From contig CAZOYD010000011.1 of NCBI GenBank assembly GCA_964583985.1, positions 13,333-77,332 of the forward strand: a stretch of 64,000 nucleotides of DNA, read 5' to 3'. Shown here piece after piece: positions 1-10,209 of this stretch (positions are counted from its first letter, which is position 1; each line of letters starts with the position of its first letter). Origin of the DNA: an uncultured archaeon (GTDB lineage Archaea > Asgardarchaeota > Lokiarchaeia > Sigyniarchaeales > SOKP01). Made by a program: the position numbers and the translations under genes. The notes under the pieces were generated by a model that ran no database searches, was not told the origin of the DNA, and saw nothing but the letters and a program-made list of their open reading frames with translations.

Positions 1-311
1 TACATATTAATCCTTTGATTGCCAAAACCTCTTTTTTCTAAGATATGATTCGCAAACTCAACATGTTTTTGAGCGGTAAAATTTCCGACCTTAAATTGGC
101 ATTCATCTGGTCTTCATCCGACAACCATCACGCCATCAGCGCCATGGTTTATAGAATGAAGCATGTATTTGACGTCCACCCTTCCAGTACATCTCACTTT
201 TATAATTTTTACTGATGGGGTATATTTCATTCGAGAGACGCCAGCTAAATCGGCTGCTCCGTAACCTCATTTAAGACATGCAAACATTATGATCTTGTAT
301 TTGTGTTCCAT
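1..311 (-). CDS. mvhD: MvhD/VhuD [2Fe-2S] hydrogenase delta subunit, selenoprotein with 2 in-frame UGA (codons 15 and 66); runs off the window edge
   Basis: Manual translation from ATG 311: MEHKYKIIMFACLK-U-GYGAADLAGVSRMKY...VRCTGRVD...GADGVMVVG-U-RPDECQFKVGN. TGA at 267-269 and 114-116 align with Cys in the MvhD CxxC and GCH motifs. Absent from the ORF track. Confidence 0.92.
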
Positions 312-316
312 CTTGT

Positions 317-2260
317 TTAACCTCCTTCCAATATTCCATTAATTTCAGCAAATAATTGATCATCCCGATAATATCGAATATCGATTGCTTGTGTCGGGCA
401 GCATGTTGCACAAATTCCACATCCATCGCAATTTATCTCATCCACGACAGCACCTATAGATTCAACGACTTTAATCGCTCCTTTTGGGCATTCCTTTTCA
501 CAACGGTTACATGATATGCAGAATTCCTTTGTAACTTCCGCTACAATTAATTCCAAATCTATTTCTCCAGCAGAGGTTAACTCTGCAACCTTACTTGCTG
601 CAGCTCTAGCTTGAGAAACGGAATAAGCTATATCTTTTGGTCCTTGAGCGAATCCTGCGATAAAAATCCCTTTTGTTTTCGTTTCTTGTGGCATTAATCC
701 GAAATGAGATTCTGTTAAAAAGCCGTTTTTATCAGTATCCAAATTGAGAATCTTAGCAATTTGTTGAGTTCCTTTTGATGGCAATGCTGCAGTAGAAAGA
801 ATGACTAAATCGGCGTTAATTTTAATGATTTCATCAGTTAATGATGAATACACCCGAATTTTTACATCCTTCGTCTCGGGATCTTCAGAAAATTCACCTA
901 CTTTTCCGCGAATCATGCGAATGTCAGAATTCTTAGCTCGTTGATAGTATTCTTCAAATCCCTTTTCATTCGTTCTGATATCAATATAACATATCGTGAT
1001 GTTTGCATCCGGAAACTCTTCCTTGAGTAATTTTCCATTTTTAAGCGCTAACATGCAACAAACACCTGAACAATAGGTACGCTCCGTTTCCCTACTCCCT
1101 ACGCACTGTATAAACACGATTTCTTTAGGTATCTTTCCATCCGATATTCTACTGACATGACCATCAAGAGGTCCATTTGGTGCAAGTATTCTTTCCAACT
1201 GAGCTTGTGTTATGACGTTTTCGAATTCTCCATAACCATATTCCCCGAAGGGCTCATATATGTCCCAACCAGTGGCAATGATTATCGTGCCTACTTTAAA
1301 ATTTACCTCCTCCGGAATTTGGCTGAAATCAATGGCATGCAATTCGCAAGCTTCAACACAATTGAAACATTCAACACAAGTTTCACGGTTAATATCATAA
1401 AGAAATGGGACCGCTTGTCCAAATGAAATATCTATTGTTTTCCGAGCGCCTAAATATTCATCAAAGAAATTTGTTGTGTAGGTGGGGCACATTTCTGAAC
1501 AAGCTCCGCAGCCATTACATTTTTCAGGATCGACGAATCTTGGTTTTTTCTCGACCGTTATCTCGTAATTACCCACATATCCCTCAACGCTTTTCACTTC
1601 ACTATAGCTTAAGATCTCTATGTTTTCATGGCGATTCACATCCAGCATTTTCGGTCCACAAATTCAAATGCTACAATCATCTGTTGGGAAGGTTCGGTCC
1701 AATTGTGCCATTCTTCCTCCAATAGTTGATTTTTGCTCAACCAAATAGACTTTAATTCCTTGGTTTGCTAAATCTAACGCAGCATTCATACCAGCAATGC
1801 CTCCACCAACCACCAGAGTCGCTTTTTCAACCGGCACGGTTTTGATGGGAATTACTTCTAATCGTCTTACTCGTTCAAGCCCACCCTTTATAAGAATTTG
1901 TGCCTTTTCAAGAGCGTCCTCATTATTTTCAGTACACCAACTACATTGCTCACGTACATTAACCATTTGGAAAAAATATGGGCTTAAGCTAGTCTGCTTT
2001 ATAGACCCCCGATATACTGGTTCATGAGTTCGAGGGGTTCAAGCAGAAGCGATAATTCGATCCAGCTTTTTTTCCTCGATATCTTTTATTATCTCATTTT
2101 GACCGCTTTCAGTACATAAGAATGCATGAGTCTTTGCTACGACCACGTCATCAAATTGTTTTGCGTATTCCACTAATTTATTGCAATCAACTTTACTTCG
2201 TATATTTATACCTCACTGACATGCATAGTATCCAATCCGATGCTTTTGGGTTTCTTCCAT
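317..2260 (-). CDS. hdrA: Heterodisulfide reductase subunit A (~647 aa), selenoprotein with 3 in-frame UGA
   Basis: ORFs 317-1648 and 1664-1966 and the upstream sequence are one frame from ATG 2260: RIGYYACQ-U-GINI, IIASA-U-TPRTHEP, TFPTDDCSI-U-ICGPKM (TGA at 2213-2215, 2039-2041, 1664-1666). Has the GGGIAG FAD motif, QCVGSR/YCSGVCC and ferredoxin motifs; GAGGTGA upstream. Confidence 0.95.
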
Positions 2261-2346
2261 CCTTTTTTCACACTCACCTCTAATTTCTACAAAACTGTAT
2301 TTTTTTTAATTTAATTATTCAAAAAATAATACTCTCAATCCTCCAA

Positions 2347-2386
2347 ACTCAACATCAATAGTTTCGAAATCTATTAATTTTTGAAT
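2347..2386 (-). promoter_or_regulatory. Hairpin in the putative 5' leader of hdrA-mvhD
   Basis: Minus-strand AUUCAA-AA-AUUAAUAG...CUAUUGAU-G-UUGAGU pairs with two G-U pairs; lies downstream of a TATA-like TATATAAA at ~2426-2433. Confidence 0.35.
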
Positions 2387-2808
2387 ATTTATTTTACTTT
2401 TACTTTGACTTTAAATCTATTTATATTTATATATTTATCGCATTGACCGATATTAATAATTCTTGACAATTTAATTATCAAATTAGCAATTTTAATTCAT
2501 ATTGAAAAAAAAATGTTGATTTGTTAAGGAAAATAATAGAAAAAGGATTAAAAATTATGGGGTTTCCAAATTAAATTTTAATAATTAAATAATTCTTGCT
2601 GGAATAGGAAATTATTAAAATTTTTTAAATGCTTATTCTATAAATATCGAGATGTAATTGTGAAAAAACGTTATGATTTTTCATATTGAATCAAAAATGA
2701 GTCAATATGGTTTTTTATTTTAATGGAAAGAACAGAAAAAATTTTTATAAGTTAAAGTTCTATAAGGTAAATAATTAACAAATATAATAGCATTCTTAGA
2801 TTTCAGAT

Positions 2809-4413
2809 ATGTGGGAGCCAAACCTTCATCCGGAAGAAATATTTCAAAAACGAGACCAATTGGGTGCGAAAAACTCCATTAAGATGCTTACTGAACTATT
2901 AGACTCCGCTAAAGAGAAATCAAAACGAATAAGTGCAATAAAATATTTAGGTTTGGTTAGTGAAGAAAATCCACAAATAAGCACGGAATGTTATGAATCT
3001 TTAGAAAATATCTTGATATCAGATGAAGCTATTGAGATTAAATGTGAAGCCGCAAAAGCTCTTGGAAAATTAAACCTTGAGAAGGCATTAAAACCATTAA
3101 ATTGGATCTTAGATCAAGAATCAACCGATCTAACTATAACTCTTGCAGTATTGGAAGCAATATCTAATATTAGATTTGAGGAGCCTGAAATCAAGCTTTT
3201 TATTAAAAATATTGCCGCGAAATATACTGATATTAAAAAATTCGCAAGAAATCAGTTACTTGATTTAATGCCCGATGTTTTGATAAAATACCTTTTAGAA
3301 TCTTTAAAAAATGAGAATTTTTCAAATGAACACAAATCTGAAATCTTTAAATTAATAGGCTATGAACTGTCCAGCATTAATATTTCGTTTGAGGATGTGA
3401 GTTATCTTAAATCCAAGTATCCAGAAGTAATAACGAATCTTATAAAACATAAAAATATTGTACTTGATGAAATAACTCGAGTTTTAAAGGAAGAAGATTC
3501 TGAATTGATGAATTCAATAATTGCAATTTTAAAATTATTAGGGGATGAGATTAAGGACGATCTCATAAAGCTTTTACTCACTGATGATTTTATTGTCAAG
3601 AAAAACGCAATTATCATAGCAGGTAGACTTGGAATAAAAGAATCCCTAGATTCGTTATTTAATAATTTAGACAGCTTATATTCTGAAGTCACTATAGCTT
3701 CTATTGAAGCATTAGGTCAAATAGGAGACATTTCCGCTGTACCTCAACTTTTAGACATTTTAAATATTGATGATGTCAGTTTTGAATATACTGATATTGA
3801 TATGAAATTTCAAATTATTGATGCCATCAAAATGATATACCTTCATAATGAAAGTGTTCCATATAACTATTTATTCACCTATTTAGAAAAAGAAAATGAT
3901 ACAATAAAGGAAAGTATTGCTTTCATACTAGGAGAACTTGGAAAAGAAGAATTTAACGAAACTTTAATTGAGTTACTCAATGAACGAAACTTGGATATTA
4001 GGAAAAATGCCATCATTGCTCTAGGAAAAATAGGACAGATAACATCATTAGAAACCTTAATATCTCTATTAAATAACGATTCAACCTATTGGTTACTCAA
4101 GAAGGTTGCTGCTGATGCGGTTTATAATATATTTCAAAAAAATTGGTTCAGATTTAAGGCTTCTAAAAATGAAGCATGGCGCAATCTAAATCAGTATTTT
4201 GCTCAATTGATTGAATACTTGAAATCTGGCGAAGACGAAGACTTCAAGGTTAAATTAAGCATGATTAAAATATTGGGAACTTTTGGAGATAAAAAAGCTA
4301 TAAACGCGTTATTATCCCGAGTGAATGATTTCCATCGAACTGTTAGGATTCATGCTTCAAATGCAATAAAACGGATTGAGGAACGACTCGAATTAGAGGA
4401 AGAAAAGCAGTGA
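2809..4413 (+). CDS. HEAT (PBS-lyase-like) repeat protein
   Basis: Repeated AA/AIxALGxIG...L..LL helical units. Confidence 0.85.
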   Translation: MWEPNLHPEEIFQKRDQLGAKNSIKMLTELLDSAKEKSKRISAIKYLGLVSEENPQISTECYESLENILISDEAIEIKCEAAKALGKLNLEKALKPLNWILDQESTDLTITLAVLEAISNIRFEEPEIKLFIKNIAAKYTDIKKFARNQLLDLMPDVLIKYLLESLKNENFSNEHKSEIFKLIGYELSSINISFEDVSYLKSKYPEVITNLIKHKNIVLDEITRVLKEEDSELMNSIIAILKLLGDEIKDDLIKLLLTDDFIVKKNAIIIAGRLGIKESLDSLFNNLDSLYSEVTIASIEALGQIGDISAVPQLLDILNIDDVSFEYTDIDMKFQIIDAIKMIYLHNESVPYNYLFTYLEKENDTIKESIAFILGELGKEEFNETLIELLNERNLDIRKNAIIALGKIGQITSLETLISLLNNDSTYWLLKKVAADAVYNIFQKNWFRFKASKNEAWRNLNQYFAQLIEYLKSGEDEDFKVKLSMIKILGTFGDKKAINALLSRVNDFHRTVRIHASNAIKRIEERLELEEEKQ

Positions 4414-4540
4414 TTCTTGATAATTTCCCCCTCTTTCTGATTTTTTGATATTGATTTGATATCATCAAATAATTAATTCCGTATATTTAATTTTCAATTG
4501 AAGATTAATAATTCTAACTATCAATTTGAGTTAATTAGTA

Positions 4541-5992
4541 ATGAAAGATATTGAACCAATTGTATTGACAAAAGAAGAATTGGAACGCATTCCCGCTGGA
4601 ATTAATGAGGAAGACTTATTAGAATTTGAAAAACATAGTTTAAATTCCTTTATTGAACCCTTAATTCCTATTGAAGCAAAAGAACCTGGTTCTGCCTGGG
4701 TAAAAGTAAGAGATAAGGAAGGAAAAATGAAAGAACTAATTGATGTTACATCCATGAATTGGACTCTCTCATTAGGTTTTGCTCATCCAGATATTAATTA
4801 TGCGGTATATCAGCAGATGTTAAAATTGACACACGTAAGATATAACACTTTGACACCTTCAAGAGCTAAACTAATAAATAAGCTTGCTGAACTTGCTCCT
4901 GGGAAGCTTAAAGGAGGAAGGGTATCAATTAATAATGAAGGAGGAGGGATAGCAAATGAAGCAGCAATGAAGTTAGCATTGATGACATCAAGAGGAGCAG
5001 ATAATTTTGGTGTATTTTGGGGAGCATATCATGGAAATTCATTAATTACTGGCTGTGCCTCTCAACCTATTCATTCAGTAAATCGATTTGATTATTTAGG
5101 ACATGGTTTTTTTACTCGAATGCCTTATCCATATTGTTACAGGTGTTTATGGAAGTATCAAGGAGGGATTCGAGGTAAAAAAGATCCTGACTGTAATTTA
5201 GAATGCTTTGATTTAGTTGATGGATATATCAAGGGGATGGCGCCTAAACGATTTGCAGGCATTATGATCGAGCCAAATCAAGCAGGAGGAGGTCAAATTC
5301 CCGCACCTGTCGAATTTTTAAAGAAACTTAAAGACACTTGTGAGGAAGAAAGTGTAAATCTCATTTATGATGAATGTCAGACATGTTTCTGGAGAACTGG
5401 AAAATATTTCACCCTTACGGAGAGATATGAGAAAGAACAGAATATCGATGTATCTCCTGACATGATTACATACACGAAAGGAATTGGAGGTGGATTTCCT
5501 TTAGGTGTTTTAATCGCTTCCCCTAAAATTAGGAAAAGATTTGGGCCCTCTGAAGAACATACAACTTTCAGTTCCAATCCCGTATTAGCTGCTGCAGGGT
5601 TAGCTGCATTACGCGTGGCAGAGGAATCCAAATTAGGGGAAAACTGTGAAAAAATGGGACAAAAGATGACAAAAAGATTTTTAGAAATGCAAGAAGATTA
5701 TGAAGTAATTGGAGATGTTCGAGGAGAAGGATTATTCATTGGAGTAGAATTAGTAAAAGATAAAGATACTAGAGAGCCATTTACTGAATTATCCGAAGAA
5801 ATGGTTTTAATAGCTCCAGAACACGGGATGTATTTAGGAGAGTCAATGCCGATTCTCACAATGCGGGGGCAGATATTACGTAGAAATGTCATAAAGATCA
5901 AACCTCCTTTGATCATAACAGAAGAAGATGCGGATTTTATATTGGAAAGATTCGAGGATGTACTAAAGGAAGGAATCAACAAATTAAAATAA
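4541..5992 (+). CDS. Class III PLP-dependent aminotransferase (GabT/ArgD-like)
   Basis: YHGNS, IEPNQAGGG, DECQT, TKGIGGG (PLP Lys), DVRGEGL, KIKPPL motifs. Confidence 0.88.
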   Translation: MKDIEPIVLTKEELERIPAGINEEDLLEFEKHSLNSFIEPLIPIEAKEPGSAWVKVRDKEGKMKELIDVTSMNWTLSLGFAHPDINYAVYQQMLKLTHVRYNTLTPSRAKLINKLAELAPGKLKGGRVSINNEGGGIANEAAMKLALMTSRGADNFGVFWGAYHGNSLITGCASQPIHSVNRFDYLGHGFFTRMPYPYCYRCLWKYQGGIRGKKDPDCNLECFDLVDGYIKGMAPKRFAGIMIEPNQAGGGQIPAPVEFLKKLKDTCEEESVNLIYDECQTCFWRTGKYFTLTERYEKEQNIDVSPDMITYTKGIGGGFPLGVLIASPKIRKRFGPSEEHTTFSSNPVLAAAGLAALRVAEESKLGENCEKMGQKMTKRFLEMQEDYEVIGDVRGEGLFIGVELVKDKDTREPFTELSEEMVLIAPEHGMYLGESMPILTMRGQILRRNVIKIKPPLIITEEDADFILERFEDVLKEGINKLK

Positions 5993-6157
5993 CAAATTCT
6001 CCTTTTTTTCTTTAATTATCTTAGTATTCTTTAGATGATTCCATGAATAATTTAACATGAAGCTTAAATTGTCCTTTCAAATTAATGTTAAGTTAAAATA
6101 AAAGACTATTTTTAATGTACATTATTTCCTCATTTAACTTCAAAAGATATATCTAAA

Positions 6158-7660
6158 ATGACAAATATGTCTGACAATAACATTATTCATACTTTTCTCA
6201 ATCCAAAATCAGTAGCGGTAATTGGAGCTTCCAAGAATCCATTAAAAGGAGGAAACAGGATTGTTAACAACTTAGTTTCTAACAATTTTAAAGGCAACGT
6301 GTTTCCTATTAACCCAAATACGAAAGGACAAGTTTATGGGCTAGAATTTAAAAATAGCATCCTAGATATTGAAGAAGAAGTTGATATTGCGATTTTTTAC
6401 GTGCCAAATCGAATGATACCAGGTTTACTTAGGGATTGTATAAAAAAGGGAGTAAAAGGTGCAATAATCGAAGCTTCTGGATTCGAAGAAGTGGGAGAAG
6501 CTGGGTTAGCGCTTCGGGATGAAGTTTTAATGATAACTGAGAATTTTACTAAAATCAGGATTGTAGGCCCAAATTGCATGGGTTTAACTAGGTTTGACGA
6601 GAGTAGCTCCTTAGAAAATAAGGGAGGCTTCTTTACCAGTTTTGGAGTCTTTTCTTATTATAATCGTGGAAATATCGCAATATTGAGTCAATCTGGGATG
6701 TTAAATGGAGGTTATTTAATGCATGTTTTCCATCAATATCCAAATATTGGAATTAGATATTCTTGTTCAATAGGAAATAAGATGGACATTGGAGAGAATG
6801 AATTTCTAGAGTATTTAATTGATGATCCAACAGTAAATGTTATAGCTATCTATTTAGAATCATTTAAAGATCCTCGCAAATTCATAACACTATGTAGAAG
6901 AGCCATGACAAAACAAGACAAGACTATCATCATGGTGAAAGGTGGCACAACTTCATTAGGACAAAAGGCATCACATAGCCACACTGGAACGCTTTCTGAA
7001 AGTATCAGATTGATTAAAGGAATTATGAAACAAGCAAACGTAATTCAAGCCAATAGCTTTCATGAACTATTTCAATATGCAAGGACTTTTTCCATGATAT
7101 ATAATACTCATAAAACACTTCCAATCAAGGGAAATGCGACAATGGTTGCGGGTTCTGGAGGAGCAGGAACCATAACTGCTGATCTTACACATAAACATGG
7201 ATTGAATTTTCCGATTCTAAGTGATAAAACGTACGAAACACTCTTGAGTGTATTCCCGGAGTGGATGCCTCCAAACCGATTTGGATTTGTTGATATTTGG
7301 CCAGCAATGGAAAAAGCAATGATGAATAATATTCAACCAAAAGTTGTAATGGCTAAGGTTTACAGGGCATTGATTGAGGATCCAGAAGTAGAAGGGATTT
7401 TTAACATGCTTTTTTGTTCTAAACTATATAGAGGGTTCAATGACATAGATGATATAATAGAGGAGCTTCGAAATGCACCAAAACCTTTTTTTTATTGGTT
7501 AGTCGGAGAATCAAAAGAAGTAAAACGAATGTCTAAATTTTTAAGTAAGAATGATATTCCCGATTTTCCAAGCTTGGAAGAAATGGTAAAAAATCTTGAA
7601 ATTTTAGTGCTTGAAGCAAGGCACAAAAAATCTAGAAAGGAATTTACGGTTCCACTATAA
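6158..7660 (+). CDS. acdA: ADP-forming acyl/acetyl-CoA synthetase alpha subunit
   Basis: PKSVAVIGAS, GPNCMG, SQSG, GNKMD, YLES and SHTG phospho-His motif. Confidence 0.85.
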   Translation: MTNMSDNNIIHTFLNPKSVAVIGASKNPLKGGNRIVNNLVSNNFKGNVFPINPNTKGQVYGLEFKNSILDIEEEVDIAIFYVPNRMIPGLLRDCIKKGVKGAIIEASGFEEVGEAGLALRDEVLMITENFTKIRIVGPNCMGLTRFDESSSLENKGGFFTSFGVFSYYNRGNIAILSQSGMLNGGYLMHVFHQYPNIGIRYSCSIGNKMDIGENEFLEYLIDDPTVNVIAIYLESFKDPRKFITLCRRAMTKQDKTIIMVKGGTTSLGQKASHSHTGTLSESIRLIKGIMKQANVIQANSFHELFQYARTFSMIYNTHKTLPIKGNATMVAGSGGAGTITADLTHKHGLNFPILSDKTYETLLSVFPEWMPPNRFGFVDIWPAMEKAMMNNIQPKVVMAKVYRALIEDPEVEGIFNMLFCSKLYRGFNDIDDIIEELRNAPKPFFYWLVGESKEVKRMSKFLSKNDIPDFPSLEEMVKNLEILVLEARHKKSRKEFTVPL

Positions 7661-9080
7661 TTTGATTTGCAATTCTTTTACCTCTCAAAAATGAAAGAAG
7701 AGCCGCAATAAAACAAATTATTGTTGAAACAATTAATGCTATTTGCATACCCATGGTAAATTCCATTTTGACCAACGGATCGGTTATTACAGCTGGATTT
7801 GATAATATTGGATTCAATAGGGTAATAGGGATAAAATTTATCAATATTGCACTTAATAACGCTACACTTATGGATTGCCCTACAACACGCATGGTTGAGA
7901 GCGTCCCCGCAGCTATTCCATGATCTCTTGGTTCTACTGCATTCATAATTGCTGAATTATTAGGAGATGAGAAAAATCCAACCCCCAACCCCACAATAAA
8001 TTGGGTTATAATTATGAGCATTAATGGTAAAAAACCAATAACTATAATTGAAAGGATAAATCCCACCCCCATGATAATCATGCCTAATGTTGTTAAGATC
8101 CTCGTTCCATATTTATCAGAGAGTCTACCACTTATTGGCGCTACAATTGCCATTGTAATGGCTGTTGGGAGTAACAATAAAGCCGTAAAAGCAGGCGATA
8201 TTCCTAATATTGATTGAAAATAAATTGACAATAAAAAACTTATCCCCGAAATCGCAATGTAGTTCAATAAAGCTGCAAAATTAGCAAAAGAAAAGATTCT
8301 ATTTACTCTAAACAAACTAAGTTTAATTAAAGGATATTTCGTTTTGCTTTCAGTATAAATAAAAAAAGTCATACTTGATATAGAAATGATAAATAATAAA
8401 AGAACTTCAAACGAAAGCCATCCCACGCTATTTGTAAAAGTTAGCGCTAAAAGAAGAGAAGATAAGAACAATCCGAATAAAATAGTCCCCCGAATATCAA
8501 AACTTTCTCCCTTGATTCCTTGATCAACTTTTTTTAATTTAAACCAGCCAATAATAATAAGTAAGATTCCGATTGGAACATTAATAAAAAAAATGAGTCT
8601 CCAAGAAGAAAATTGGACAATAAATCCACCTAATACAGGTCCTATTACTAATCCAGCATAAATGGTCGCCACATTAATTCCTAAGGCTTTCCCGGTTTCT
8701 TCACGAGGAAAAATATCTGTTATCATCGAAGGAGCGTTTGCTGCAATAAATGAACTTCCAATTCCTTGAATTGCTCGAAAAATTACAATTATTATCCCTG
8801 AAGTTGCAAATGTAGTTAAAAAGCTTGATAAAGTAAAGAATAAGATTCCGAGGAGGAAGAAAGATTTCCTTCCTTTTAAATCTGACAACCTCCCAAATCC
8901 TATTAGAGACACAGCCATTACTAACAAATAAATAATAGGAATCCATTGCACGACTTCAAATGATGTACCCAAATCCTTTGAAATTGAGGGAATTGCAATA
9001 TTTACGATACTACCATCTAAAGAAGACATGAATACTCCAATGGTGGTTATAGCTAATACCTTCCATTTATATTCTGCCAT
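7644..9080 (-). CDS. MFS DHA2 (EmrB/QacA-like) transporter
   Basis: LDGSIVNIAIP, GRLSDLKGRK, GPVLGG and many TM segments; overlaps the acdA 3' end by 17 nt. Confidence 0.9.
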   Translation of the reverse strand: MAEYKWKVLAITTIGVFMSSLDGSIVNIAIPSISKDLGTSFEVVQWIPIIYLLVMAVSLIGFGRLSDLKGRKSFFLLGILFFTLSSFLTTFATSGIIIVIFRAIQGIGSSFIAANAPSMITDIFPREETGKALGINVATIYAGLVIGPVLGGFIVQFSSWRLIFFINVPIGILLIIIGWFKLKKVDQGIKGESFDIRGTILFGLFLSSLLLALTFTNSVGWLSFEVLLLFIISISSMTFFIYTESKTKYPLIKLSLFRVNRIFSFANFAALLNYIAISGISFLLSIYFQSILGISPAFTALLLLPTAITMAIVAPISGRLSDKYGTRILTTLGMIIMGVGFILSIIVIGFLPLMLIIITQFIVGLGVGFFSSPNNSAIMNAVEPRDHGIAAGTLSTMRVVGQSISVALLSAILINFIPITLLNPILSNPAVITDPLVKMEFTMGMQIALIVSTIICFIAALLSFLRGKRIANQIIVEP

Positions 9081-9244
9081 TAGAATATGTGCTATTTTAA
9101 AGAGTTATAATATCAAGATTCTTCTTGGTTAAAAAGATTTTTATAATGAATTATTTATCGTTTACTAGAGGTAAAGCATATAGAATTAATTAATAACACC
9201 TTCCAGTAGATTTTTCATTTCTCTTCTAAAATAATAAGTCTTAT

Positions 9245-9673
9245 TTAATCGAGTGACATTTCTGCCGGAAGTATCCATACTGGAGGTTCTCGTCTAAGAC
9301 CTTTACTTTTCAAGTATTCTAAATTTTTTTCATATTTTTTAAAAAATACTAATCCATACAAACATTTACCATGATCGATAGCATCAAGAATGGATACTAC
9401 TCCTTCGTAAAACATCTTTTCAAACTCATCTGGTGTGTAGCAGAAAGCGTCGATACCTAATCCTAAATGAATATCAAAATTTTCAAGAACGATCGAAGAA
9501 CGATTGATAAATTTATCTAGAAAATCACCAACAAAGATTATATCTATGTCACTATGAAGCGTGTAATCTTTCCGTGCTCTTGAACCAAAAAGAATAACAC
9601 ATCTTAAAGGGATTGATTTACCAACTTTATGAATTAATACGTTTAGAGCCTCTAAAATATCTTCATTGTTCAT
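9245..9673 (-). CDS. Minimal nucleotidyltransferase (MNT) of a HEPN/MNT pair
   Basis: LFGSRAR...SDIDI motif; overlaps the HEPN gene. Confidence 0.88.
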   Translation of the reverse strand: MNNEDILEALNVLIHKVGKSIPLRCVILFGSRARKDYTLHSDIDIIFVGDFLDKFINRSSIVLENFDIHLGLGIDAFCYTPDEFEKMFYEGVVSILDAIDHGKCLYGLVFFKKYEKNLEYLKSKGLRREPPVWILPAEMSLD

Positions 9674-10076
9674 TTTTTTTACCTTTTTCTATCTCCTTCT
9701 TTACGAATTGGATTAATTTATCAGCTTGCTCGATTGCAATTTCTGCTTCTTGGTTATTATATGCGTTATGAGGAGCTAAATCTGGAAGTGCATCTGGATA
9801 TCTTGTGGTTATATAGTGCTTATCTAAATTCAATGCATAATTGCTTAAATCATCGAGATCTAACTTTTTAAGTTCTTTATATTTTTCAAGTAATGTAAAG
9901 ATTGAATGCCCCCATCCATTAATGTTATTAAAGTATAATACAGCTTTTAAAGCTTTTTCTGCGGCTTGTTGTGAATGGAATACTACAGTATTATATCTCT
10001 TATTTTTAAGCAGAATTTTAGCATTTTCAAGATCCCATTCTGCTTCTTCTAGCCAATTGTTTGATTTGTTATTCAT
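9663..10076 (-). CDS. HEPN domain protein (COG2250-type)
   Basis: WLEEAEWDL, FHSQQAAEKALKA, GH, YITTRYPD. Confidence 0.88.
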   Translation of the reverse strand: MNNKSNNWLEEAEWDLENAKILLKNKRYNTVVFHSQQAAEKALKAVLYFNNINGWGHSIFTLLEKYKELKKLDLDDLSNYALNLDKHYITTRYPDALPDLAPHNAYNNQEAEIAIEQADKLIQFVKKEIEKGKKNEQ

Positions 10077-10209
10077 AGGATAATTATTTTAGACGAATAT
10101 GGTTACCTTAGATAAATATATTTTATTCTTTATAAATACTTTATAGCAAGAATTTTAATGATTTTTCTTATTATCTTAATCATTATCAAAAATAAACTTC
10201 AAATAAAAT

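Noticed and set aside
317-2260. hdrA as a split gene or pseudogene, or genome-wide UGA reassignment
   Set aside because: All stops are TGA at Cys positions with no frameshifts; UGA terminates other genes normally and Trp is TGG.
2347-2386. Leader hairpin as a SECIS element
   Set aside because: No AUGA/GA quartet, upper stem too short, and no methanococcal GAA/A motif in a GC-rich stem; the real SECIS is expected beyond the left window edge.
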